Assembly: GCA_004022145.1 (NCBI GenBank)
Contig: RCNU01000004.1
Origin: Paecilomyces variotii
Taxonomy: Eukaryota
Length of the DNA stretch: 64,000 nt
Direction: 5' to 3' (one strand)
Shown here: piece by piece, positions 51,697-63,329 of the stretch
How the letters are laid out: every line of letters begins with the position of its first letter
How positions within the stretch are numbered: the first letter of the stretch is position 1
The notes under the pieces: model-generated
The model's input: only the letters and a program-made list of their open reading frames with translations
Database searches by the model: none
Told to the model about the DNA's origin: nothing
Made by a program: the position numbers and the translations under genes

Positions 51697-54600
51697 ATGC
51701 CAGCTTTCGAGCCAGAAGAAGGACCCCCCGGTAAAGGGTGAGTTCATTATACACAAGACTGATGGCTTATAAGCTAATTCATTTGAAAGAAAACGCAAAG
51801 CTGAAGACAAAACGCCGTTCAAATGTGATGAACCCAATTGTACACAAAAAGAGGGGTTTAGAACTGCAAATGATCTTGAAAGACACAGGAGACATTGTCT
51901 ATTCAAGAAGTCTGGAAATGGACCTCGGATGGTATATAGATGTTTTGCGTCTGAGTGTGGAAAGAGGTTCAGACGGTGGAAATATTTGGACGATTTTGGT
52001 CACCATCTTGCCGAAATGCATCCTAATGAAAACCCTTCTGAACTGTTGAAAAAGTAAGTATCCATTCGCTTTATGTATTATTATGCTTTCTTATCATACT
52101 TTTTAGGTCTGAAGAATGGTTCGCGAAAGAGGAAGCTCGTGCCAAAGTCAGGCTGTGGGGTTCATCCCTACGTCCTCCTCTAGCTCAAGATTCACAGGTG
52201 GGAATTACAGAAGAGGCCTCGAAGAGGTCTAGAGACTTGACTCTTATAGGCACTGGTTCGGCCCCAAGTCCCCCTCTAAACTCCAAAGTATTTACCCCGA
52301 ATATTCTCGGTTCATCCCAAAGCTTTATCAATACAGAGAACGTACCGCAGATGGAAATTACAGAAGAGGTCTTGAAATCTCTTCATATAATAAGTCGAGA
52401 AAGCTACTTGGCCGCACTATGCGTCCGGAAACCAGAGGCCATTGTATCAACAGGCCCCCTAAAAGGGATAATAGATACTTACTACGGACGTATTGCGGAT
52501 ACTTTCGATGCAGTTATTCTGATTGAGGCTTGCAGAAGAGGTCTAGTTGAGCGAGTCACACGATTTCGATTCCATTGGCTCTCCAGAGCGGTTAGACCAG
52601 GCTCGGTTCTCGTTTTTTGTGAGGATGAAATGGGCGCTCATTCCACCCAAAATGTCAGGCCAAAGGGCGACAAAATGGCAATACTTCAATGTATCGCTTC
52701 ACGCTCACTAAACCAACTCACCAAAAGGTGGTGGCTAGTAACTGACCCCGACAATTATACCTGGACCATCGTGGCTCATCCTCATCCTCATGAGCAAACG
52801 CATGAGTTGAAGCGGCCGCTGAACGATCAGCGCTTCTCTCATATCCACTCTATGCTAGCCTCAACTAAGAGTCTCACTGATACACCAGGATTATCCGGCA
52901 CGAATAAAGAGTCAAAGCTGGACGAGGGTCAGAGTCTCTCCAAATGTACTGTGTCCGAACTTCTGAAGACAGATGCAGATTTAACCGTGAAGTCCGAGAC
53001 GGAAAGCATATACTCAGATGACTACGCCACGTCCGACACTAGAATGGAATATCTCAGTGAATTTGCTGACGAGCTTGTCAAGGTTATCCAGCCTTACCAG
53101 CCTGATGAGAAAACTGTGCAGAGAATTTCCGCTGTCCTCTTGGATCTTCTCAAAGCTTTTGCCCTCAGCCTCGGTCATGGTTCACCTACCCCGTTGCATA
53201 GTGACATGGTGGTTCTCATTCACAAGAATCGGAAGTATGTTGAGCGGAGATAACGGTGCACTTATGGAGCGTTGCTAATTGTCGTTATTTTCCACTAGAT
53301 ACATCGTGACAGTGTTCAAGGAGCGCCTAATCAGAGACAACAGCAATAAGGAGAGGCCGGAATATGGGAATGACATGCCCTCGGGCGACATCATGTGCCT
53401 TCGGCAGTCGAAGAACGACGACCATGCCCATAAGCAAGTCCAACATACTGAACGCCAACTGGAGGCAGAGGCTCATGGACACGAATCTCTCCGTCTGCTA
53501 GAATACCGACGTCTTGTCCAGGGCGCCCCGACATATACATGGCTTCTCTCACACGTAAGAAACGAGTGCATTCTTTACACGCCTGGTCAGGACGTCGCAA
53601 AGGGCATCAGAAATGCCATCCTCAAATCATTACCTGTTTCATCGAGAATCAGCCATCAAAAGCCCACGGAAACTTTTAGCGTAGGTTTCAAAATAAAATG
53701 GGATCCTCTCAAGTTTCTGCTAGAGGAGTACGAAGAGGACCCGGCGGCAGCCCTCGAGCAAGCTCTTACTTTTACCGGGTTCGACAGTGAGGTCGAAGCA
53801 GAAAGCTTCGGCGAGTACATGCGTCGAACATGGCCTGTAACCGGTGATGCCATGGTTCTACTCCTCAAATCCCTTGTTTCAAATACCCGTGAAGGATTTG
53901 GTATGTGGTTGTCCCTCCCATCCTGTGCTCTCGCCACTAATACGCAACACGAAAATGCAGTCACCCGGGATGACGGTATAACTATGAACATCTCAATGCA
54001 TCCATCACAGGATTGCAAGTCATCATTGGTTGTATGGCTTGATATCTGTGGTACTGCGGCGTCTATCGCGGAAGTAGGCGAGCAGCTTGCGTGGGCTGCA
54101 AGTGCTCTTCAGTCTGCGCAGCACGAGCATACACTCGTGAGGAGCAAACCCATCATTAATTCGGTTCAAATTGGACACGTATCTAATCAGGACTCTCCTT
54201 CGATATCTTATGTATCTGATATCGGCATTGAACTACATGAGATAAATCCTTCTGCCGAATATTGCTGGTTGGGGCTAGTTTCTCGCCCAGCGGTCGTTGA
54301 GGGCTTCCCAATTCGACAAAGACCAGCAGAGTGCCCTCCGGGTCTCGAAATCCCACTTCACGTCATGGCTCATCTTATGGATACTCGAAAGGTACACCGG
54401 TTTCATGGAAAGACCGTGCTAAAGGGGTTCTCGACTTTGTTGGTCCCAACGGGAAGCATCAACGATACCATTAGCTGGCATCTTATTCAGCAAAGTAATG
54501 ATCAGCGAATTTCGTATCTTGAGAGTCAGATATTCCCAGACTTGACTATTTCAATCAGCCAGTTAGAGAAGGCCCGGCATATCCTGGGTTGGTGCCCTGA

Positions 54601-57115
54601 GATGGTATTCTACGGTGGTAAGGGGTTCCATCCCATTCCCACAAGGCTCTTGCATCTGACACTTAACACAGGAGCAGCCGATGCAAATTACGGAATTAGC
54701 GACTCTCAGCTTCCTCGGCTCCCTCCGCGTTGTGAGCTTCGTATTTTGAAGGATGCATCTCTATCCTCTGACTACACAATCACGGGGACCAAAGGATACA
54801 TCCTGGGCCGAAAAGATGTTCGTTTACGACGCAACGGCTACGTGAGTAAAATGAAATGGGTCGCTGAAAAATACATCAATGTTTGGGACGTTGGAGAGGA
54901 AAGGGGCTGGCTACTCAATGGAGCGAGTGGTCTGCTGCATCTAGTTCGTGCGTCTTTGGAGCGAGACAGGTCTGATTCAGCTCTCAGATCAGTACTTCTC
55001 CTCAAAGAAGATAGCTTGACTGAGGCTTCGAAGGCACACCACCCCGCCGCCGCTCTGCACATCCTTCTTAACCCGAAGAATGTGGACCTCAGTATATACT
55101 GTGTCGATGCGCATGTAAAATTCAAAGACCGTGTGGAGGACTTCTATGATCAGCTAGAAAAATTATACGACTACCAAGTCAGTGGCCTCAGAGATGTTGA
55201 AGGAACGGCTGCGGTACCACGGTCTTTGCTGGAAGGATGGGACTTTCAGGACCTGATTCTCGAAAGAGATCCCATTCATCCCCGTCATACCACTCTCAAC
55301 CAAGACGGATTATCTTGGGTTGATTTCATCCGCTCAATAAAGGCCATCACAGTATTTGGGCGTGGGTTCGGGGATATCATTAGGCCGCTGAACTCTTCTT
55401 GTTCGAAGTGGTCAAGATTGAAGCCGAAGAAATCATACCTTGCTGCTACCATGTTCGATCTGAATAAAATCATGGCTGCTCATGGTGATCCATACAGTGT
55501 TCCAATGAAACTAACCCATGATATCATGTGGAACATACCCGAAGAGGCATTAGCCCTTTGTCCGTGCAACGGAGACAGGCACAAAAGTCACACAATTTTG
55601 GTTCAGAGTCTTCTTCCCTCGAGCATGCGTCGTCAGCTACTTGCAATTTCCTCCATTCCCTCCAATATGGGACAAAATGACGGAGCTGTCATCTTTGGAT
55701 TCAACAAGAGACACCGGTGGTTCTGGAGCGATACTGGTCCACCATCACGGACGCCAATCCACCTGGGTAGCGATACACCCTATAAAGAGTCTCTAAATAC
55801 CCACTCTGACGATAGTGGCCTTGGGGGGAGTTCATATTCATCGACACCCAGTGAAACTGGGATGCCAGCTAGCTCTAGTTCGTCCGCCAACGATAACCCG
55901 AATTCCAGCCAGCGACTTAGGAAAAAACCCGGGTCAGGTAAGCGACAAATAGGCATCGGGAGCAATTCTCAGTCCGCAAATAAATACAGAATAGGGATTG
56001 TGTGTGCTCTACATATTGAATTGAAGGCTGTCCGCTCCCTGTTTGACGAAGCCCACTCCAATGTGGCAATAGCAGATGGAGACCCCAATTATTATGCTTT
56101 TGGACGCATGGGAGGGCACAATGTTGTTGCTGTATGTCTTCCACATGGAGTATATGGCACGAACGCGGCCACGGATGTCATATCGAATATGAGACGGAGC
56201 TTTCCGTCACTGGATTTCTGTCTCTTGGCTGGTATTGGAGCGGGTGTACCTTCGACGAAGAATGATATTCGTCTTGGAGATGTCGTCGTTAGCACACCCT
56301 CCGGAATGTACTCGGGCGTTCTCCCATATGATATGATTAAGAGTCTCGAATTAGGAATATCGCGACTAAATGGATACCTATGTCCACCACCGCAGACTCT
56401 GATGTGTGCAATTAGCGAGTTGGAGTCCGACCCAAATCTATCACCCACGCCCCTCGATGAGTTTCTGCAACGGATCCAAGAACGCAGTCCACAATATAAA
56501 TATCCAGGAGCAGACAATGATCAACTTTTCACCCCCGAATATATACATCCTAATGAGAAGGATGAAACTTGTGAGAGATGCGATCCGAGCTACTTGATGA
56601 GAAGAACAAGACGCTCTTCCGATCAACCGAGGATTTTTTACGGTCTGATTGCATCCGGAAACCGGTTGATGAGATCTGCTAGTGAGCGAGATAAACTTGG
56701 AAGAGAGCATAACGTGCTTTGTTTCGAGATGGAGGCAGCAGGGGTCATGAATACTTTTCCGTGCTTGATCATCCGCGGGATATGTGACTACGCCGATTCT
56801 CACAAGAACAAGACCTGGCAATATTATGCATCCGCAACGGCTGCGGCGTACGCAAAATTGCTTCTTTCCCGCGTCAGAGGGTCAGGTACAACAGAAAGTC
56901 TTGCCTCAACAGCTGAGGTTCTCCAAGATCAGTACTCCTCGAGAAAGAGATTACGATCACAAGAGACAGGTGGGTACAGGATGTCTAGGAAACGGCAGCA
57001 TAACCAAATGGCAGCTGCACAGTCGTGCTGGGATGGGGATGAGGGGAGACCCGAAAGATCAGATGAGAACGATGGTTCATCTGTGCACTATGAATCGCTG
57101 AGTAGCTCTGAGTAG
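51697..57115 (+). CDS. ~1711-aa multidomain protein: 2 C2H2-like zinc fingers + degenerate WOPR (Gti1/Pac2) + uncharacterised core + C-terminal PNP_UDP (Pfs) domain; exons 51697-51737, 51790-52053, 52107-53234, 53299-53900, 53961-54617, 54672-57115
   Basis: All five introns are GT-AG and the exons total 5136 nt in one open frame. ZnF: FKCDEPNC..GFRTANDLERHRRHC and YRCFASEC..DDFGHHLAEMH. WOPR-like: TYYGRIADTFDAVILIEACRRGLVERVTR..VRPGSVLVFCE. PNP_UDP: YRIGIVCALHIE..GIGAGVP..DIRLGDVVVS..CFEMEAAG..IIRGICDYADSHKNKTWQ. Confidence 0.8.
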
Positions 57116-57450
57116 CTGTCAACAGTGAGATCCGAGATGGCCATCGGTCCGACAGTGGCGCTGACTATGTTCGAGTCTAGCAAGCGAAAACTGTCTCATT
57201 ATTTCACTTCCAACGCGCTACTAGTATCTGTATCTCAAAGGCTCGCGAAGAATATTATAGGCAGTGGACGAAAGAATACCAGTTTGGTCAGGTCTTTCGA
57301 TAAGGATACTCGTCAAAATATACTGGTCTTCATCCTGGAATAGATTATTAGTGGATATGATTTTAGCAAGGTGAGGAATTCGTTTAGAAGTATTCCGCCA
57401 TATCATAATCCAAGATTCTCTTTATGGGGTTCAGAGGGCAATGTTTAAGA

Positions 57451-57520
57451 TCGGACACACGTAGTTGAAGAAGAGATGCCAGTAGGGGAGACCTATATAC
57501 CTATAAAGCCTGACCTATTC
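57451..57520 (+). repeat. Direct repeat, copy 1 (~70 bp)
   Basis: tcggacacacgtagttgaagaagagatgccagtaggggagacctatatac; 46/50 identical to 59355-59404, with similarity continuing (aaagcctg.ccta.tc) after a small indel. Confidence 0.9.
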
Positions 57521-57733
57521 CAAAAGTTCTGTGTAGAGTAGTTGATCAGCTGATGATCAGAGTCTGTAGCGGTATCTAATTTACTCCAGTGTACAGGAAG
57601 GGCTCAATTGGTCTTGGGCCGCGGGTTTGATTAAGCATTAAATAATTTTGCATTCCTATTGAAGCTAGAGTTAGCTAGCAAGCTAGGAGAAAAGTATAGC
57701 GCCAGGCAACAGGGTACTCCCATCAGTTCAATA

Positions 57734-58827
57734 TCAAGCCTGCGACACCTCGAGGCCATGAGCTTGAAGCTCCATTGCCAGCAAATTGGCCATGCTTCTC
57801 TCTATATCCTCAGAAGATTCCCAATCTTTTTTAGTACAATCTTTGTAAGCTTCAATCACACGTGAATACCTTCCAGTCCATTTGGCATGGAAGTCCGCAA
57901 GCTTGGTCCCATGAGGAAGCCAAAAGCCATATGCGGGAATCTCAATTAGGGCTTCTTCCTTTTCATCTGGATTGACGGTGAATTTCCGCAGTCCCTGCCT
58001 AAAACTCGAGGCTAGTTTCGAATCCAGTTCACCAAGAACTGGTATAGTGCTTAGGCGGTCGATAATGGATGTCCAGTCTGAGCAGGACCTGACGATAAGT
58101 GTCGCAAGCCATTGGACAGGCTGAATGAAATAGGTGCCGCAAATCTTCTCCTCATAGTCCATGCATGACTGGGGGATCGTGAAACACTCAAGAGCTGCCA
58201 TGACTGATGCCACCGATGGTGTTGCTTCCCAGAGATTCATAGGAGCATAAATGGCCTCCAATGATAACAAGCCGACCCGTATCAACTCCTCAGCTACGCA
58301 AAATACACGCTCCTGTACTTTCCATCTGAACCACGCAATGTAAGCAATTTGAGTGAGGGCCTCCGGTCTTTTCTCAGGAGGAAGCCGGGAGAGCGTGCAC
58401 CATTCGGTTGTAACGGCTTCGTCCCCACGAGCGCACCACTCGAGGTTGATCAGTGCCATCTCGCCACTAATCATACTACTTGCCGTTGCGTAAGATGGAT
58501 CTGATACTGTATTTCGTGTTGTAGGATGTCGCAGAAAGTCCAAGGCTTCATTTCTTGGAGTAAGCACTCGGCGAGCACGGACGGGAGCATTCGAAAAGGA
58601 GATATCTAAGTAGTCGCGGCACATAACTTCGCGCAAAAGGCGAACAATTCGCGAGTCTGTGAAGGATTCTGGTGTCGACCGCAGGTTTGTAGGTATATTA
58701 GGGTTATTTAGTTTTTGATAGACGTGGGCCTTCTGCTTCCGCAGTGTCCAGTTTTCATCATCATCTTTCATTAACCCAAGTGTTCGCACAAAGGTCTGGC
58801 CCAATAGAGAGTTTCGAAGTCGCCCAT
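57734..58827 (-). CDS. Orphan hypothetical protein (345 aa from ATG 58771; possibly extended by an 18-codon upstream frame starting at 58827)
   Basis: More than 1 kb of stop-free frame with globular protein-like composition. TATA-like ATATATTTATAAAAAAG at about 59081-59097 on the minus strand. No family recognised. Confidence 0.65.
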
Positions 58828-59195
58828 TGGCGGAACGGCGATCTGAATAACTTAGTTGACCGGCTTGGGCGGATATGTGCACGTAGATATTTGATTGATT
58901 TAAGTCAAGTTCCGCGGAGATGAAGAAAGTAGGTAGTACTGACAGTAATGCAAGGTGATTGTGGCGTTGCTATTATGCTGGTCGGAAGGTCGACAGAAGC
59001 AAAATCAAGACCCCTCGCGGGTGCCTGCTTATCGCCAAGCTTCTCCTTCGGAGGGTCTGCTGCCTAAGAACTGTAGCTGCCTTTTTTATAAATATATTTC
59101 AGGGTGTAAAACGGCGGGAAACCTGCTATGCGGGAATCTGTCGAATATTGAATGATGGCACGGAAGCATAGCCTGACCAAAACGGCATGAATTGA

Positions 59196-59230
59196 TTGCT
59201 TGCTCGCTTGCTTGCTTGCTTGCTTGCTTG
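59196..59230. repeat. (TTGC)n microsatellite
   Basis: ttgcttgctcgcttgcttgcttgcttgcttgcttg. Confidence 0.9.
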
Positions 59231-59354
59231 TTGATCTAGGGAGATCCGATCCCATATTTATCTCTAGCATACAAAGAACCTATATCCTAGTAATCTAGTA
59301 ATCAAACGGATGATTGACAGATCACCTGGCGTTCTCTTTGTAGGCCGACACAAT

Positions 59355-59430
59355 TCGGACACACGTAGTTAAAGAAGAGATGCCAGTAAGGGATGCCTAT
59401 ATACTTAACCCACAAAGCCTGGCCTAATCT
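59355..59430 (+). repeat. Direct repeat, copy 2 (~75 bp)
   Basis: tcggacacacgtagttaaagaagagatgccagtaagggatgcctatatac; same orientation as 57451, 1904 bp downstream. Confidence 0.9.
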
Positions 59431-59565
59431 AACCAAACCCCATTGATTGGGACGGACTATGATTTAAAATACCAAGATGTTGTGCACATTATTCATCCAC
59501 TTTCTATTTCAAACACGAATAGATACAATCCAAAGTGTACTGCGGAACAGAAAAACTATAAGATC

Positions 59566-61308
59566 TCACTCAATGACAATCATCAGTTTTTTCCACCAAG
59601 TATCACGGACACGCTCAGGTTTTTCAGCTGCAATGACTTCGTCCAGCCCAGTCTGTAGGTCGACAGCTTCCGATGGCCACATCCAAGGCTCATGACGGTA
59701 AACGATTCTGTGACCGACATACAAGACCACAAAGGCCGGAATACCAATGTAGGCAGTAAAGAAACCAGAAACAGACCATTCCTGGGGAAAGAATACCGTG
59801 AAACCGTTGACAAGGGTGAGGAATATAGATCCCACGAGAGCAATATACGCGCCCCACGGCTGCAGGCGTGATTTATACGGCCTCTCCACGCCTTGTACTT
59901 TGGTCGCTTTGAGGAAGCGGAAATAAATGATGGCGCAGCAAGCCCAGCTGAGGAAGCCAGATGTGTTGGTTAGATTCACAAACCAGTTGAAGACAATAGA
60001 ACTGGATGTTCCTAGCGAAAGGTATGCCAGGCCGGAGAACAAGGCACTGGTTCCAACAGCCACGTAGGGAAGACCCCAGCGGTTACAGGTCTTGAAGACG
60101 GAAGGTGCGTGGTTGGCCACAGCCAGAGAGTAGAGAGATCGAGATGACATGTACAGGAATGAATTTCCGGAGCTCCAGGCCGATGTGAGTACCACTGCGT
60201 TGACGATGTGGTCCAAAACTGGTATACCAGCATTCTTGATACCGATGACGAAAGGCGAGGAGCCCGCACCAGCACCGCCGTTTGTCAGCTTCTTGCTGTC
60301 CGATGGACAGATAACCGTGATGGAGAGGGTTCCCAGAATATAGAAGAACACGAGACGGTAGAAGAAGCGTCTTGACGCGCGAGGGATGTTGCGACGAGGG
60401 GACTCCATCTCGCCGCCTCCGATGACGATCAGTTCCGGCGCAAACATGAAGGCGAAGGCACTCAGGATAATGCAGTGTAGGAGGGCAACAAATCGTCCGG
60501 CATTGCCATCCACTATATATGTCTTCCCTGCTGTATACGGATGTTTCCAATAATGGAATCCTAGTCGCTGATGGCTCGGACCGCCTCCCCAGAAAAGGAT
60601 GAACGACAACATCAGGAGACCGACGAGAAGGATGACTTTGAGACTGGAAAACCAAAACTCCGATTCACCGTAGAAACTGACAGGCAGCAGGTTCAGTCCG
60701 ACGATGATCACCAGCATAACCTAACCATCGGCGTCAGCAGTCACTTCTTTCAATTCGGGGTTTTCATCGCCAAAATCTCAATTACTTGCCGTTATCCACA
60801 CGCCAATTGAGATGTGACCTTCTGGATCCCAGTATCCTATCACTAAGGAAGCGGCTGTGATCTCATACGGAACCAGAATTCCTAGTGAATACCAATACAG
60901 GTACCCCATTGAGAAACCGAGGCTGCTGGAGACATATCGATATCCGTAGTAACTCATACTTCCTCCGTGCACCGGCAAGTAAGACGCAACCTCGGAAATG
61001 GCAGTGACGATAAAAAAGACGAGAAATGCGACAATGATATACGATGCGAACAAGAAGGCTGGGCCGCCCAATGCTAGAGCTTGGCCACTGCCTACGAACA
61101 GACCGGTACCAATTGTTCCTCCCAGGGCCATCATCTGTAGATGGCGACTCTTCAGTCCGCGCTTGGTGGATGCATATCGTTCGTCGTACAGATCAGCTTC
61201 AATCTTCGACGTGAGGTTCTGGCGTGTCTCGATGACCTCGCCATCTTCCGGGGCATCTTCAACGTCAGGCGGCAAGGCGCCCTTGGTATCTTGTGATTTC
61301 TCCCACAT
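59566..61308 (-). CDS. APC/YAT-family amino-acid permease (proline permease PrnB/Put4-like); one GC-AG intron 60789-60721
   Basis: TKRGLKSRHLQMMALGGTIGTGLFVGSG, YGESEFWFSSLK, GFHYWKHP, GEMESPRRNIP, SPFVIGIKNAGIPVLDHIVNAVVLTSAWSSGNS and FFTAYIGIP. Confidence 0.93.
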
Positions 61309-63329
61309 GGCTGGCAATTGAGGAAAATCAACGAGTGCAAAACAACAACTAATGTTGATTTTCCCTGGGGGTTACTGATGGATGCCCGGGGGTCTCAGCC
61401 TATGCCGCCTGGGCGTGGCCGGATCAAGATCGAGGATAGGGCTGTTGACAAGAATAAAAAGCAACAGGGTCTGGGAAAACAGCTATGGGATATATTACTA
61501 TATTATTATTCTCCTCGTGGCAACATGACAAGAGCACCTAGCGCATGGGGTCCCCATCTTTGGTTGAGGGCGCCGCAGTAAGAGCTTCCGTGCACATACA
61601 GTACACCTGCAACGGCCGCAAAGAAACCACATGGGAACAGAGACTGACAGATTGCCGAGAAACTTAGACAGAGAGCAAAATGCTTGGAGCTGGGTTGCCA
61701 CGCCGCCAACTAGTTCTTGTCAAGCGTTATGCGAGATAACCATCGAGGAGACGCCATTGGGTGGAGAATTATCCTTGTCGTAGTTGACAAGCGTGGTAGA
61801 TAAGGAGGACAGTTTCGAATCTACAAGCAAGAGACAGCCTCGTTGAGAATCTCTTCATGTTGATCAGTCAGCTCCTGCATATGCGCTTCGAAGATAGTCA
61901 GCACACGGCATTCTAGAAGGACAAGATCATACTTGTCGCATTCCCGAATTAGAATATTGAAGGAGAGCCGGAACTGACCACATTCACATCTTACCATTTG
62001 CATCCATATACAGTGCAATTCCCCCCGGTCTCTCGCCCTTCCTCGTGGATCCGAGAGTCTTATCAAACCCTGCTATAGCACACGTAAACGTCTCCTGATA
62101 AGCTTAGAATCACCCCAAAAGTAATAATATACACGGGACTTGGCAAGAACGACGCCACATTAACTCGCAGTCTTTTTTTCCTTCCTTTTCCATCACGAGA
62201 GGTCAACGCCGCTCATAGAATAGAACAGCGCCTAGGTGTGCGCCTCAAAAATGTTATGACGGCTTATCTTTTCTTAAGTACCACGTAGATTGCAGTAAGT
62301 AAGTACTCCCGAGACAAAACGACGGCGGTTAGTTATCATTTGCCGAGCCGCTCCTTTCGAGTTAGGGCAAAGGGAGAAGAAGCGTATGACTCGGCGAGGA
62401 TCTTCGGGCAAGTCTACCCAGGTAGTCTACTTACTCCGTAGTTGAAACGGAAATGGATGAAACTTGGCCCATATGCCTAGAAAGAATTAGCGTACTCGTC
62501 ACGAATATACTGTTAGTACATACTACATCGTAATCACAATAGGAAGGGCATTGCAGTTCAAGTAATAATCGAGATAAAGAGGTGTTTTTGTGTTCACACT
62601 TCATAACTTCTATGCTTTCCGTCAGTGGCTTTCCAATGTCCGCTTTTGTTCATTCTGATATCTTAGGCTTTGCAGATACACCCGGAGAAACTACTAAGAT
62701 AGTATCTAGCGCATAGGACAACACGCTACCGTATCCCCAAGGAAAAGTCCTACTGTACCAGTATGTCCGTGGTGAGCGCCACGCCGAGTACGAACGTCCC
62801 GATAAGATTTCGCATCCAAGATATGATCGAAATGCGGAGCGATATGATATCAGATAAGGTCCGGGCTATCTAACTCCTTCAAGGTCCTGATTGTGTACGT
62901 AAAGTGGGCGATACGACAGGCGAGGATCAGACCAAAACAAGGGAGAGATAATGAGGGGAAGGTAACGAGTTTAAGTCCCATTAGAGAGAAAAAGAAACCC
63001 ATCTTCACTTGCGTCTATCGACTATTCATAACAGCATCATAGATCACATGATATTTTTTGTGTGACCCACGGGGTACACTGCACCATCCCATCAATATAT
63101 TTTGGGAGTCGGGGTCTTCCCGACGGAAAATAAACTCTCGAAGGCAATAAAAGGCAGCTTCAAGATGGGTAAAAGGAAAAATCAGGTCGAACAGAAAAGA
63201 AAAGGTGGACCGCCTGAACGCCAGCCCTATGCCACACTACTGGTCCCATCGATCAAGAAGCCTGCAATTCGTGGTTTGTTGATTAAGAAGAAACAGAGTC
63301 GAAAGAGACGGCCCTGCCACAGATCATGT

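Noticed and set aside
53279-57115. Calling the PNP_UDP protein a canonical NLR (Pfs-NACHT-ankyrin/TPR)
   Set aside because: The PNP domain is C-terminal and followed only by a short tail. No P-loop GxxGxGK[ST] or repeat domain was found.
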